From Thermoplasmata archaeon (GTDB lineage: Archaea > Thermoplasmatota > Thermoplasmata > Lutacidiplasmatales > UBA184), in contig JAKASE010000006.1 in NCBI GenBank assembly GCA_021819135.1, positions 18,165 to 82,164 on the forward strand: a stretch of DNA of 64,000 nt, read 5' to 3'. The notes below the pieces were generated by a model. That model ran no database searches and was not told where the DNA came from. It worked only from the letters and a program-made list of their open reading frames with translations. Shown here piece after piece: positions 12,570 to 21,084 of the stretch; the stretch's first letter is position 1; each line of letters opens with the position of its first letter. Both the position numbers and the translations under genes were made by a program.

Positions 12570-14099
12570 ATGAAGGTCCTCGTGGACCGTCGTGATGGGC
12601 TGAGCGCCGCGGCCGATGTGGTGGTGAGCGGGGCCTACGAGCGCCCCGAGAAGGACGATTCGTTCCCCCGGACGCTGGACAAGGAGGATGAGGCCTCGAA
12701 GGGCCTCCTTCGGGCGGCGTGGGGGAGGCGAGAGATCCGGGGCAAGTTCGGCGAGCTGACCACGATCCATCGGCCGGAGGGACGGGGTCGGATGCTCTTA
12801 GTCGGCCTCGGACCCCGGGCGAAGTTCGGGCCCGAGATCGTGCGCCGCGCCGCGGCGGTCGCGGTCCGCGGGGTGAAGGGCCGGGGGGCCCGCACGCTCG
12901 CCTTCCGCCTTTCGTCGTTCGTCGCGGAGGGGGTCACCTCGGATACGGCCGCCCGGGCCCTGACCGATGGCGCGACGCTCGGCGGCTATGAGTTCCTGAA
13001 GTACAAGACCAGGTCCGAGGGGACGGTCGAGGAGACGACGATCCATCTCGGCGAGGAGCACGGACGCGAGGAGGCCGCGATCAAGAAGGCGGTCGGCGAG
13101 CAGACGGAGATCGACGACACCGTCGTCTGGACCCGCGACATCGCGAACCTTCCGGCCGACACGGCCACGCCCGAGCGGCTGGCCGAGGAGGCGCGTGCGC
13201 TCGGGAAGGAGCTCGGCCTCAAGGTCACCGTCTTCGACGAGACGAAGCTCGCGGAGATGCACTGCGGCGGCATCCTCGCCGTCGGCAGCGGATCGGCCCA
13301 TCCGCCCCGTCTCATCATCCTCGAGTACGCGGGCGGGGCGAAGCGCGGCAAGACGGTCGCGGTCGTGGGCAAGGGGATCACCTTCGATTCCGGCGGGATC
13401 TCGATCAAGCCGGCCCCCGCGATGGCCAACATGAAGTTCGACAAGTCCGGGGCGGTCGCGGTCCTCGGGATCCTCCGGGCCGCGGCGACCCTCAAGGTCC
13501 CGCCGCGGGTCATCGGCGTGATGGCCTGCGCAGAGAACCTCCCCGGGGGCTCGGCGTACCGGCCCGGGGACATCGTACGGACGTACAACGGCAAGGCGAT
13601 CGAGGTCCTGAACACCGATGCCGAGGGCCGGGTCGTCCTCTCCGATGCGCTCGGCTACGTCGTGGGCCAGTACAAGCCGGACGAGGTGATCGACCTCGCG
13701 ACCCTCACGGGAGCCGAGGTCGTCGCGCTCGGCGACGACACCGCCGGGCTCGTCTCGACCGACGACAAGCTCGCCCAGGGGCTCCTTCAGGCCTCGGCCG
13801 TGACGGGGGAGCCGCTCTGGCGGATGCCGCTCACCGACTACCACCGCGAGCTCGTGAAGAGCGAGACCGCGGACGTGCGGAACTCGACCGAGATCCCGGT
13901 GGCGGGCATGCTCACCGCCGCGGCGTTCCTCGAGACGTTCGTCGGCCCGACGACCCCCTGGGCCCACCTCGACATCGCGGGGCCGGCCTACACGACCCTG
14001 ACGACGAAGAAGTACCAGCCCGCGTACCAGAACTACGGCGCGACCGCATTCGGGGTGCGCCTCATCACCCGCTACCTGATGGACTCGGGCCGTTCCTGA
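12570..14099 (+). CDS. pepA: leucyl aminopeptidase (M17 family)
   Basis: 509 aa carrying the NTDAEGR signature and metal ligands (VGKGITFDSGGISIKP). Confidence 0.92.
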   Translation: MKVLVDRRDGLSAAADVVVSGAYERPEKDDSFPRTLDKEDEASKGLLRAAWGRREIRGKFGELTTIHRPEGRGRMLLVGLGPRAKFGPEIVRRAAAVAVRGVKGRGARTLAFRLSSFVAEGVTSDTAARALTDGATLGGYEFLKYKTRSEGTVEETTIHLGEEHGREEAAIKKAVGEQTEIDDTVVWTRDIANLPADTATPERLAEEARALGKELGLKVTVFDETKLAEMHCGGILAVGSGSAHPPRLIILEYAGGAKRGKTVAVVGKGITFDSGGISIKPAPAMANMKFDKSGAVAVLGILRAAATLKVPPRVIGVMACAENLPGGSAYRPGDIVRTYNGKAIEVLNTDAEGRVVLSDALGYVVGQYKPDEVIDLATLTGAEVVALGDDTAGLVSTDDKLAQGLLQASAVTGEPLWRMPLTDYHRELVKSETADVRNSTEIPVAGMLTAAAFLETFVGPTTPWAHLDIAGPAYTTLTTKKYQPAYQNYGATAFGVRLITRYLMDSGRS

Positions 14100-14155
14100 G
14101 GCGGCCCCGGCGCCCCCCGCCGTCCATCCTCCGGGAGCGATGGGCGGCGTCCCCG

Positions 14156-15616
14156 TCAGGCGGCGACGATCTGGACGCTCTCCCCGCCGTGCCGGGTCGC
14201 CCGCGGACGGACCTCGCAGAAGAGCGGGGTGTGGTAGCCGCCGCCGGTGATCAGCGCGACACCGACCGGGAGCGACTGGATCATCTCCGTCATCCCGGCG
14301 GTGAGCCCCTCGATCGACTGGGCGATCGCCTTGAGATCGAGCGGGTTCGTGACCTGGAGGATCAGCTGGGTGTTGCACTGCGAGAGCACGCTCTTGTCGA
14401 TGCGGGCGGCCCGCTGCGTGACGACGCAGAGACCGAGGCCGAACTTCCGCCCCTCGCTCGCGATGTTCTTCAGGATCCGGGAGCAGGTCGCCGTCCCCTG
14501 CTGCGGGGCGAAGTTGTGGGCCTCCTCGATCACGAGGAAGAGCGGGTCGATGTTGCCCTTCTTGCGGTTCTCGAAGAGCGTGTTCGCGATCCGGGCGACC
14601 ACCAGCTCCTGGACGTCGGGGGCAACCCCTCGGAGGTTGATCAGGGTCGCTTCGCCTTTCTTGACGAGCTCCTTCAGACTCGTCCCCGCCGGCCCCAGGA
14701 GCTTCGTCTGCTCCACGTACTCGAGCCGCTCATGGAGCGTCTCCATCGCGATCCCCTCGCCGCTCTCCGCGGCCCGCACGAGGTCGTGGACCGTGTAATC
14801 CGGGTTCGCGGTCGCGACGCGCTCGATGAGCTGCTTCAGCGGCGCAAGGAACGACTTGACGTTCGTGAGACCCATGAAGACCAGGAGCTCGCGCGGCTCG
14901 ATGTTCCGCAGGGAGAACGTGAGCGGCTTCGCCTGGGGGTTGAGGGAGACGTCGGGGGAGTACTCCTGCACCTGGCGCCCGAAGCCCTGCGACTCGACCC
15001 CGAACCGGGCGTGTACCCCGTTCTTCTCGGCGGCGAGGCGCAGCGACCCGTACTCCCCATGCGGGTCGATGATGACGCACATGACGTGGTGGCGCAATAG
15101 CTCCTCGATGAGGACGCCGAGCAGGTAGCTCTTCCCGCCGCCGGTCTTCGCGAGGACACTGACGTGGCGCTGGACCAGCTGGTTGATGTCGAGCTCGACC
15201 TTGAGCGTGTGGTTACGGAGCATCCCCACGTACGCGCCGCTGTTCGCCCGGTGTTTGAGGCCGAGCACCTCCGCGATCAGCGGGTCTTCGGCGCGGTAGA
15301 CATGGGCGCCGGGACGGAACGGCAGGGTCGGGATCTTGACGAGGCCCTGGCCATCGCGGTAGCCGATGATCCGGGCGACGCCGAGCAGGTTCTCGTGGAT
15401 CGCGGCTTCCTCGAGCACGGCGGGGGCGCCGGCCCGCTCGAGATCGAAATCGCTCTTCCGCTTGAGATCGTCGAGCTGGCAGAGGACCTTGCCGTGGATC
15501 TCGTCCTCGACGGCGAGGTAGTCCCCCCGTTCGACCGGTCGGGCGAGGTTGAGGTGGAACTGCCCGAGCCCGACATCGCCGAAGATGCGGCCGACCTCCT
15601 CCACGGCGCGATTCAT
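14156..15616 (-). CDS. HerA/FtsK-like ATPase (DUF87, COG0433)
   Basis: N-terminal HAS-barrel-like region, Walker A VLAKTGGGKSYLLGVLIEEL and Walker B LFLVIEEAHNF. No NurA-like gene is adjacent. Confidence 0.8.
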   Translation of the reverse strand: MNRAVEEVGRIFGDVGLGQFHLNLARPVERGDYLAVEDEIHGKVLCQLDDLKRKSDFDLERAGAPAVLEEAAIHENLLGVARIIGYRDGQGLVKIPTLPFRPGAHVYRAEDPLIAEVLGLKHRANSGAYVGMLRNHTLKVELDINQLVQRHVSVLAKTGGGKSYLLGVLIEELLRHHVMCVIIDPHGEYGSLRLAAEKNGVHARFGVESQGFGRQVQEYSPDVSLNPQAKPLTFSLRNIEPRELLVFMGLTNVKSFLAPLKQLIERVATANPDYTVHDLVRAAESGEGIAMETLHERLEYVEQTKLLGPAGTSLKELVKKGEATLINLRGVAPDVQELVVARIANTLFENRKKGNIDPLFLVIEEAHNFAPQQGTATCSRILKNIASEGRKFGLGLCVVTQRAARIDKSVLSQCNTQLILQVTNPLDLKAIAQSIEGLTAGMTEMIQSLPVGVALITGGGYHTPLFCEVRPRATRHGGESVQIVAA

Positions 15617-15680
15617 CCGGAACTCGGCATATTAGACTGATGCGCGAAAGGAAACGCGGGAACCGTTCTCGCCGGAAGCC

Positions 15681-15687
15681 TTTATAT
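15681..15687 (+). promoter_or_regulatory. TATA box (TTTATAT) upstream of the coiled-coil protein gene
   Basis: Lies in the divergent intergenic region between the HerA-like and coiled-coil genes, 61 nt before the ATG at 15748. Confidence 0.45.
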
Positions 15688-15747
15688 CGAGCACGTTCGT
15701 GAAACGCTCCCCGACCGGGAGACCTCCCGGAGCGTGGCGGTGTCGGC

Positions 15748-16614
15748 GTGAGCGAGGCGACGGAAGAGCTCGACAAGCGAAGGGCGGAGTCGAACGCCCG
15801 GGCCGATGAGGCCCGGGCTCGCCGCGATCGGCTGAACGCCGAGTCCCGCGCGGTCGCCGAGGACCGCTCCCGCATCCTCGACGAGCTCCACGCGAAGAGC
15901 GCGGAGGCGCAGGACCATCGCCGGCAGCGGGACGGCCTGAACGCCCAGGTCCGGGAGGAGAAGCGGCTCCGCGAGGAGTGGAACCACAAGCTCCAGGAGC
16001 TCGGGGACAAGGTCCAGGAGCTGAAGCGCGCCCGCGGCCCCCGACCCGGCGCGGTCCCGGTCTGGCGGCTTCGCAAGGACCTCAAGGAGCTCGAGTTCCG
16101 TCACATGACGACGGCGCTCACCGGCGAGCAGGAGAAGCGCCTCATCGAGGAGATGAAGCGGATCGAGGCGGCGATCCGCGAACAGGACGAGCAGCTGCGC
16201 CAGGACCCGATCGTCGAGCAGACGATGAAGGAGTTCCAGGAGGCGCGCCAGGAGGCCGAGAAGCACCACGCGGCGGTCGGGCAGGCCGCCGAGGAGGCAC
16301 AGCGGGAGCACGAGGCGATGGTCGCGCTCTACGAATCGGTCGACGAGATGCGTCGCCAGGCCGACGAGGTGCAGGCGAAGCTCATCGAGGTGAAGGGCCA
16401 GGCCGACGAGGCCCATCGGCAGCACATCGCCGCGATCGAGGAGGTCCGCGACATCGAGAAGCTCCTCTACGCCGCCCGCGGGGGTCGGGCCCCCGGGGCC
16501 TGGGCCGGCGAGGCGGAGACCCCCCGCGAGGAGGATTTCCTGGCGCGCCTCAAGAAGGGCGAGAAGGTCTCCACCGAGGACCTTCTCGAGCTGCAGAAGA
16601 GCGGCCGGGCCTGA
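15748..16614 (+). CDS. coiled-coil protein (charged, heptad-rich), function unknown
   Basis: 288 aa dominated by E/K/R/Q/A heptads and ending in a short acidic-hydrophobic tail (EDFLARLKKGEKVSTEDLLELQKSGRA). A TTTATAT box sits about 60 nt upstream. Confidence 0.6.
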   Translation: MSEATEELDKRRAESNARADEARARRDRLNAESRAVAEDRSRILDELHAKSAEAQDHRRQRDGLNAQVREEKRLREEWNHKLQELGDKVQELKRARGPRPGAVPVWRLRKDLKELEFRHMTTALTGEQEKRLIEEMKRIEAAIREQDEQLRQDPIVEQTMKEFQEARQEAEKHHAAVGQAAEEAQREHEAMVALYESVDEMRRQADEVQAKLIEVKGQADEAHRQHIAAIEEVRDIEKLLYAARGGRAPGAWAGEAETPREEDFLARLKKGEKVSTEDLLELQKSGRA

Positions 16615-16626
16615 CGACGGAGGTCC

Positions 16627-17403
16627 GTGTCGCTTCCGTACGGCGACGGTCAGGTCGACGCGGTCCTGTTCGACCTGGACGATGTACTGGTGCCGTTCCA
16701 CACTCCGGCGATGTGGCAGTGGGCCTGGCGGCCGCAGGGGCCTCTCCTCGGCGAACGACGGGTCCACGCCGCGGTCCGTCGTTCGCTCAAGGCATGGGAC
16801 CGGCGCCGGTGGCAGGGGCTCACGGGGAAGGCGCCTCCGGCGGACCTCCCGGCGCTCCGCCATCACCTGGCCGAGACCTTGTGGGCGATCGCCGGCCATC
16901 CGCTTCCCGAAGCGGAGACCGAAGCCGTGGTGCGACGGGTCCTCCGTCCGGCGGGCGAGGTCGAGCGGTACGGCGACGCCGCTCGGGCGCTCGCCCGATT
17001 GCGTGCGTCGGGCGTCCGGGTCGGGGTGCTCACCCCCCTCCCGTCCGACACTGCGCGCTGGCTCCTGCACCGGTCCGGTCTCGTCGAGGACCTCTTGGTC
17101 GCGTCGGGGGACCCCGGCGCTCCGGTTCCGCCGGACCGCGCCGCGTTCCGGGCCGCCGCCGAGCGGCTCGCGACCCCGTTCTCGCGGGTCGCGTTCGTCG
17201 GCGACCTCTTCTGGAGCGACGTGCGGGCGGCGGCGCGCGCGGGCCTCGCGAGCGTGCTCCTGGACCGCCACGAGATCTGGCCGAAGGTGCTCTCCGGACG
17301 GATGACGAGCCTCGATGCCCTCGAGCCGACGCTCGCGCCGGGGAAGCCGCTCACCGCCGAGGAGAACGCCGACGGGACAGGAACCGGCCCGTCCTCACCA
17401 TAG
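16627..17403 (+). CDS. HAD superfamily hydrolase
   Basis: Motif I DAVLFDLDDVL, and motif IV VAFVGDLFWSDV. Confidence 0.75.
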   Translation: MSLPYGDGQVDAVLFDLDDVLVPFHTPAMWQWAWRPQGPLLGERRVHAAVRRSLKAWDRRRWQGLTGKAPPADLPALRHHLAETLWAIAGHPLPEAETEAVVRRVLRPAGEVERYGDAARALARLRASGVRVGVLTPLPSDTARWLLHRSGLVEDLLVASGDPGAPVPPDRAAFRAAAERLATPFSRVAFVGDLFWSDVRAAARAGLASVLLDRHEIWPKVLSGRMTSLDALEPTLAPGKPLTAEENADGTGTGPSSP

Positions 17404-17437
17404 ATTAATACCCACCCCGGTGGTGCCCGACCCGCTT

Positions 17438-17839
17438 ATGCGGTCGGTCAAGGTTGACCAGGCCGAGCTCCGACAGATCAAGGAGCTCTACGAGGGCGTG
17501 ATGTCCCACGCCTGCCACGGTTTGTTCTTCAAGGAGGGGTCGGTCATCGGGAGCCGGATGGCCGAGGAGGCCCTCACGGACCGGCCCCGGTACTTCGAAC
17601 GGGTCGGTCACATCCTGAAGGACCGCGGGTGGGTCGAGGAGATCACCTTTGGCGACCACGACATCCACGTCAAGGGGTCGATCGAGGTGAGCCCGAGCGA
17701 CATCCCCACCTGCCACCGCCTGCGGGGGATGCTCCGCGAGTTCTACGAACGTTTTAAAGGGGGGCGCGTTAAGTGTACCGAAGAGATGTGCACGAGCACC
17801 GGACACCCGGAGTGCCTCTTCCGTGTCGAGGAATTGTAG
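17438..17839 (+). CDS. V4R domain protein
   Basis: 133 aa with C-terminal conserved cysteines (CTEEMCTSTGHPEC) typical of V4R. The ATG at 17438 is preceded by ATTAATA about 30 nt upstream. The track start at 17315 overlaps the HAD gene. Confidence 0.65.
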   Translation: MRSVKVDQAELRQIKELYEGVMSHACHGLFFKEGSVIGSRMAEEALTDRPRYFERVGHILKDRGWVEEITFGDHDIHVKGSIEVSPSDIPTCHRLRGMLREFYERFKGGRVKCTEEMCTSTGHPECLFRVEEL

Positions 17840-17855
17840 GTAGGGGCCAGGATCC

Positions 17856-18215
17856 ATGATGGCAACCGGGAACGTCGGAGCGGTGGTCAAGGACCTCAAG
17901 ACCCGCATCGCGGGCATCGCGACCGCGCTCGTGTCGCGCGACGGGCTCGTCCTGTACGCGGACGTACCGGCCGGGGTCTACACCGAGACCTTCGCGATCA
18001 TGTGCGCCACGATCCTCGGGGCGGCCGCGACCGCCAACACCGAGCTCAACCGCTCCCCTCCCGAGCGGATCGTGATCGAGGGGAACGATTCGAAGACGAT
18101 CATCGTGGGGAGCGGCAAGAAGGCGCTCCTCGTGGCGGTGGTCGACCAGTCGGCCGACCTCTCGAAGGTCCTAAGCGACGTCGTGAAGGTCGCCGACCTG
18201 CTCAAGGCGAACTAG
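17856..18215 (+). CDS. Roadblock/LC7 (MglB-like) domain protein
   Basis: 119 aa with the Roadblock pattern (IAGIATALVSRDGLVLYADVP...ILGAAATANTEL...LLVAVVD). Confidence 0.75.
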   Translation: MMATGNVGAVVKDLKTRIAGIATALVSRDGLVLYADVPAGVYTETFAIMCATILGAAATANTELNRSPPERIVIEGNDSKTIIVGSGKKALLVAVVDQSADLSKVLSDVVKVADLLKAN

Positions 18216-19095
18216 GGCCGCCGTCCCGGGCCGCGGCCGTCGGGCTCCCTTCCGCTACCGCCGGCTCCGCCCGGGGAAACTCCTGGGTCAGCCGACTCCC
18301 AGCCCCGGTCAGCACCCGGACGCCGTACCCCCCGAACGCCGCGGAGAGCCGGGCCCACGCCACCCAGCCGCGCTGGCCCGAGATCAGTCGGGACATCCGG
18401 TACCGCCCCCAGAGGCTGCCGTGCTTCTCGGTGAGCTGCTTGCGGCCGTAGCCGTTCCAGAACGCCTGTAACAAGAACCGGAGGATCGTCGTCCGGACGT
18501 GGTGGTACACGACCGCGTCCGGCGCATACCGGATCGCTCCCCCCGCGCGGACCGCCCGGAGGTTGAGGTCGATGTCCTCGGCGGTGATGAACCGCCCGTC
18601 GAACCCTCCCAGCCGCTCGAAGAGCGCCCGGCGGTAGGCCAGGTTCGAGGAGGGGTGGGTGACGTCGTACCCACTCTGGAACAGCTCGACCCGCTCGAGC
18701 TGGCAGTAGCGCGGGGCGCCGACGTTGACCATCTGCCCGGCCACGACCGGCGCGTCCACGAGCGACGCGCGCAGCACCTTCAACCAGCTCGCGTCGGCGT
18801 AGCAGTCGCCGTCGATGAACGCCACGAACTCGCCCCGAGCCGCCCGCACTCCGGCGTTCCGTCCGACGCCGCGAGAACCGGACCGACGGAACAGGCGGAT
18901 GAGACCGGGATGCCGCGCCGCGTACTCGGAGGCGATCGCGTACGTTCGGTCGCGGCTGAACGCATCGACCAGCACCACCTCGAACGGCGGCTCCTGGACG
19001 AGCAGGCTGTCCAGCAGCTGGGCGATGTGGGGACCCTCGTTGCGGACGGTGCTGACGACCGAGATCAGGGCGGGGCCCGACGGCTCACTTCCCAA
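18202..19095 (-). CDS. family 2 glycosyltransferase
   Basis: ISVVSTVRNE...VVLVDAFSRDRT...FIDGDCYADASW matches the GT-A fold and DxD motif. Confidence 0.8.
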   Translation of the reverse strand: MGSEPSGPALISVVSTVRNEGPHIAQLLDSLLVQEPPFEVVLVDAFSRDRTYAIASEYAARHPGLIRLFRRSGSRGVGRNAGVRAARGEFVAFIDGDCYADASWLKVLRASLVDAPVVAGQMVNVGAPRYCQLERVELFQSGYDVTHPSSNLAYRRALFERLGGFDGRFITAEDIDLNLRAVRAGGAIRYAPDAVVYHHVRTTILRFLLQAFWNGYGRKQLTEKHGSLWGRYRMSRLISGQRGWVAWARLSAAFGGYGVRVLTGAGSRLTQEFPRAEPAVAEGSPTAAARDGGPSSP

Positions 19096-19327
19096 TGTCC
19101 ATCACGACGACGTCCTTGACCGCGCGCATGCTCTTGAAAGGGAGCACGAGCCGACCCGACGCATCGCTCTGGAACAGCCGCGACTCGACGTCCTCGCTCG
19201 GGGTCACGAGGACATGGGCGATCCCTCCGGTCATCGTGTCGACGACGAAGTTGTCGATCAGTCCGAGGATCTGTCCGTCGTTCGTCATCACGGTCTTGCC
19301 TCGGAGCTCGGTAAGGAACTTGCGCAT
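19085..19327 (-). CDS. PRC-barrel domain protein
   Basis: 80 aa with the PRC-barrel pattern (LRGKTVMTNDGQILGLIDNFVVDTMTGGIAHVLV). Confidence 0.6.
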   Translation of the reverse strand: MRKFLTELRGKTVMTNDGQILGLIDNFVVDTMTGGIAHVLVTPSEDVESRLFQSDASGRLVLPFKSMRAVKDVVVMDIGK

Positions 19328-19461
19328 GGAGGGGGCCCTCGGGCCGGCGAATGGCGGAGGCGCGTATTTAATCGTTGGCGATTATCGGAAGCCCCGGACA
19401 TGCGCCCGGCGCCGCCGGTAGCCGGCCTGCGTCCCGCACCGCGTCCGGCGTCGGGCAACGC

Positions 19462-19467
19462 TTATAT
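19462..19467 (+). promoter_or_regulatory. TATA box (TTATAT) of the rpl18e-rpl13-rps9-rpoN operon
   Basis: Lies 30 nt upstream of the rpl18e ATG, so the mRNA is predicted to be leaderless. Confidence 0.5.
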
Positions 19468-19496
19468 CGGGCACCCGGGTCGAGGGCGTCCCGCTC

Positions 19497-19862
19497 ATGG
19501 CCCGTCGTACCGGTAAAGGGAACCCCGAGCTCGCCCGTCTCATCGGTGAGCTGCGGCGCGCGTCCCGGATCCAGCACGCGGCGCTGTGGGGCTCGGTCGC
19601 CGACCGCCTCGAGCGTTCGCGCCACCAGGTCCTTCCCGTGAACGTCGGCCACCTGGAGCGCCTCGCCTCGCCCGAGGAGACGATCGTCGTGGCAGGCAAG
19701 CTTCTCGCCGAGGGGTCGCTCACGAAGCGGCTCACGGTCGCCGCGTTCTCCTACTCGGGGGAGGCGAAGGCCAAGGTCCACGCGGCCGGTGGCCAGGCGA
19801 TCACGCTCCACGACCTGCTCAAGGCCCGGCCGGACGGGGCGGGGGTTCGTCTCCTTGCCTGA
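19497..19862 (+). CDS. rpl18e: 50S ribosomal protein L18e
   Basis: 121 aa starting MARRTGKGNPELARLIGELRRA; the operon continues with L13, S9 and RpoN. TTATAT lies 30 nt upstream. Confidence 0.9.
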   Translation: MARRTGKGNPELARLIGELRRASRIQHAALWGSVADRLERSRHQVLPVNVGHLERLASPEETIVVAGKLLAEGSLTKRLTVAAFSYSGEAKAKVHAAGGQAITLHDLLKARPDGAGVRLLA

Positions 19863-19890
19863 AACGGTCCCGTCCCCTAAGGTCGTCGAC

Positions 19891-20292
19891 GTGAGCGGTC
19901 TCGTGGTCGGCCGCGCGGCGAGCCTCATCGCGCAGCGGCTTCTGCGGGGAGAATCGATCGTCGTGGTCCATGCCGAGAAGGCGGTCGTCACCGGTGCACG
20001 GGCGATGGTCCTCGCGCATTACACGGCGGAGCGCGCCCGCGGCTCGAAGCGGACCGGCCCGCATTACCCGCGCTACCCCGACCGGATCTTCCGTCGGACG
20101 GTCCGTGGCATGCTCCCGCACCTGAAGACCCGCGGGAAGGAGGCCCTGGCGCGCCTCGACGTCCACATCGGTGTCCCTCCCGAGTTCCAGGGCGCCTCCA
20201 CCGAGACGCTCGACGCGGCACGGGCCCGACCGTCCCTGCGTCCCCCGATGACCTTGGAAGCGATCACGCGGCTCCTGGGGGCGCGCCTGTGA
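19891..20292 (+). CDS. rpl13: 50S ribosomal protein L13
   Basis: VDVSGLVVGRAASLIAQRLLRGESIVVVHAEKAVVTG... is an L13 signature. The most likely start is the GTG at 19891, just after the rpl18e stop. Confidence 0.88.
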   Translation: MSGLVVGRAASLIAQRLLRGESIVVVHAEKAVVTGARAMVLAHYTAERARGSKRTGPHYPRYPDRIFRRTVRGMLPHLKTRGKEALARLDVHIGVPPEFQGASTETLDAARARPSLRPPMTLEAITRLLGARL

Positions 20293-20696
20293 AGGCCCCG
20301 ACGGTCATCCTCACGACGGGGAAGCGGAAGGCGGCGGTCGCCCGGGCCTCGGTCCGCAAGGGCGTCGGCCTTGTTCGTTTCAACGACCGTCCGCTCGAGC
20401 TGGTCGAGCCCGAGATCATCCGCCAGAAGATCCAGGAACCGCTCCTCATGGTCGGGGACCGGGCGAAGAACCTCGACATCGCGGTCGAGGCGAGCGGAGG
20501 GGGCATCATCGGCCAGGCCTCGGCGGCCCGCACCGCGATCGCCCGCGGGCTCCTCGCGTGGCTGAAGGACGACCCGCTGCGCGAGCAGTTCAAGCACTAC
20601 GACCGGTCGCTCCTGGTCAACGATCCCCGCCGCAAGCTCCCGAAGCGGCCCGGCGGTCGCGGGGCCCGCAAGCGCCGGCAGAAGTCGTACCGCTGA
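20289..20696 (+). CDS. rps9: 30S ribosomal protein S9
   Basis: Begins TTGKRKAAVARASVRKG and ends with the GGRGARKRRQKSYR tail. Confidence 0.93.
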   Translation: MKAPTVILTTGKRKAAVARASVRKGVGLVRFNDRPLELVEPEIIRQKIQEPLLMVGDRAKNLDIAVEASGGGIIGQASAARTAIARGLLAWLKDDPLREQFKHYDRSLLVNDPRRKLPKRPGGRGARKRRQKSYR

Positions 20697-20721
20697 GGGA
20701 CGTCGGGGAGGGGAAAGCACC

Positions 20722-20919
20722 ATGACGATGATGGTACCGGTCCGCTGCTTCACCTGCGGGTCGGTGATCGGCCAGTACTGGGACGACTTCCGGGAGCGGA
20801 CCTCCCGCGGCGAGCCCGCGGGCGCGGTCCTGGACGGGCTTGGGCTCCACCGGTACTGCTGCCGACGGATGCTCCTAACCCACGTCGACCTGCTCGACGA
20901 GGTCGGACCTTACGGCTGA
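20722..20919 (+). CDS. rpoN: DNA-directed RNA polymerase subunit N (Rpb10)
   Basis: 65 aa: MMVPVRCFTCGSVIG...YCCRRM (zinc-binding CxxC...CC). Confidence 0.92.
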   Translation: MTMMVPVRCFTCGSVIGQYWDDFRERTSRGEPAGAVLDGLGLHRYCCRRMLLTHVDLLDEVGPYG

Positions 20920-21084
20920 GCGGCCGGCCGTCCCGGGCCGGTCGGGCACGGAGCGCGGGGGCTCGCGGTAGCCTCCTTCGTCCCAAGGCACCTGCCTCGG
21001 CGGCCGGACGGCCCGCTGAGAGTATACCGGTCCAGAAGCGGAAGGGGTTCGTCGCCGACGGACGTTCGTCCGTCCATCCCCGGA

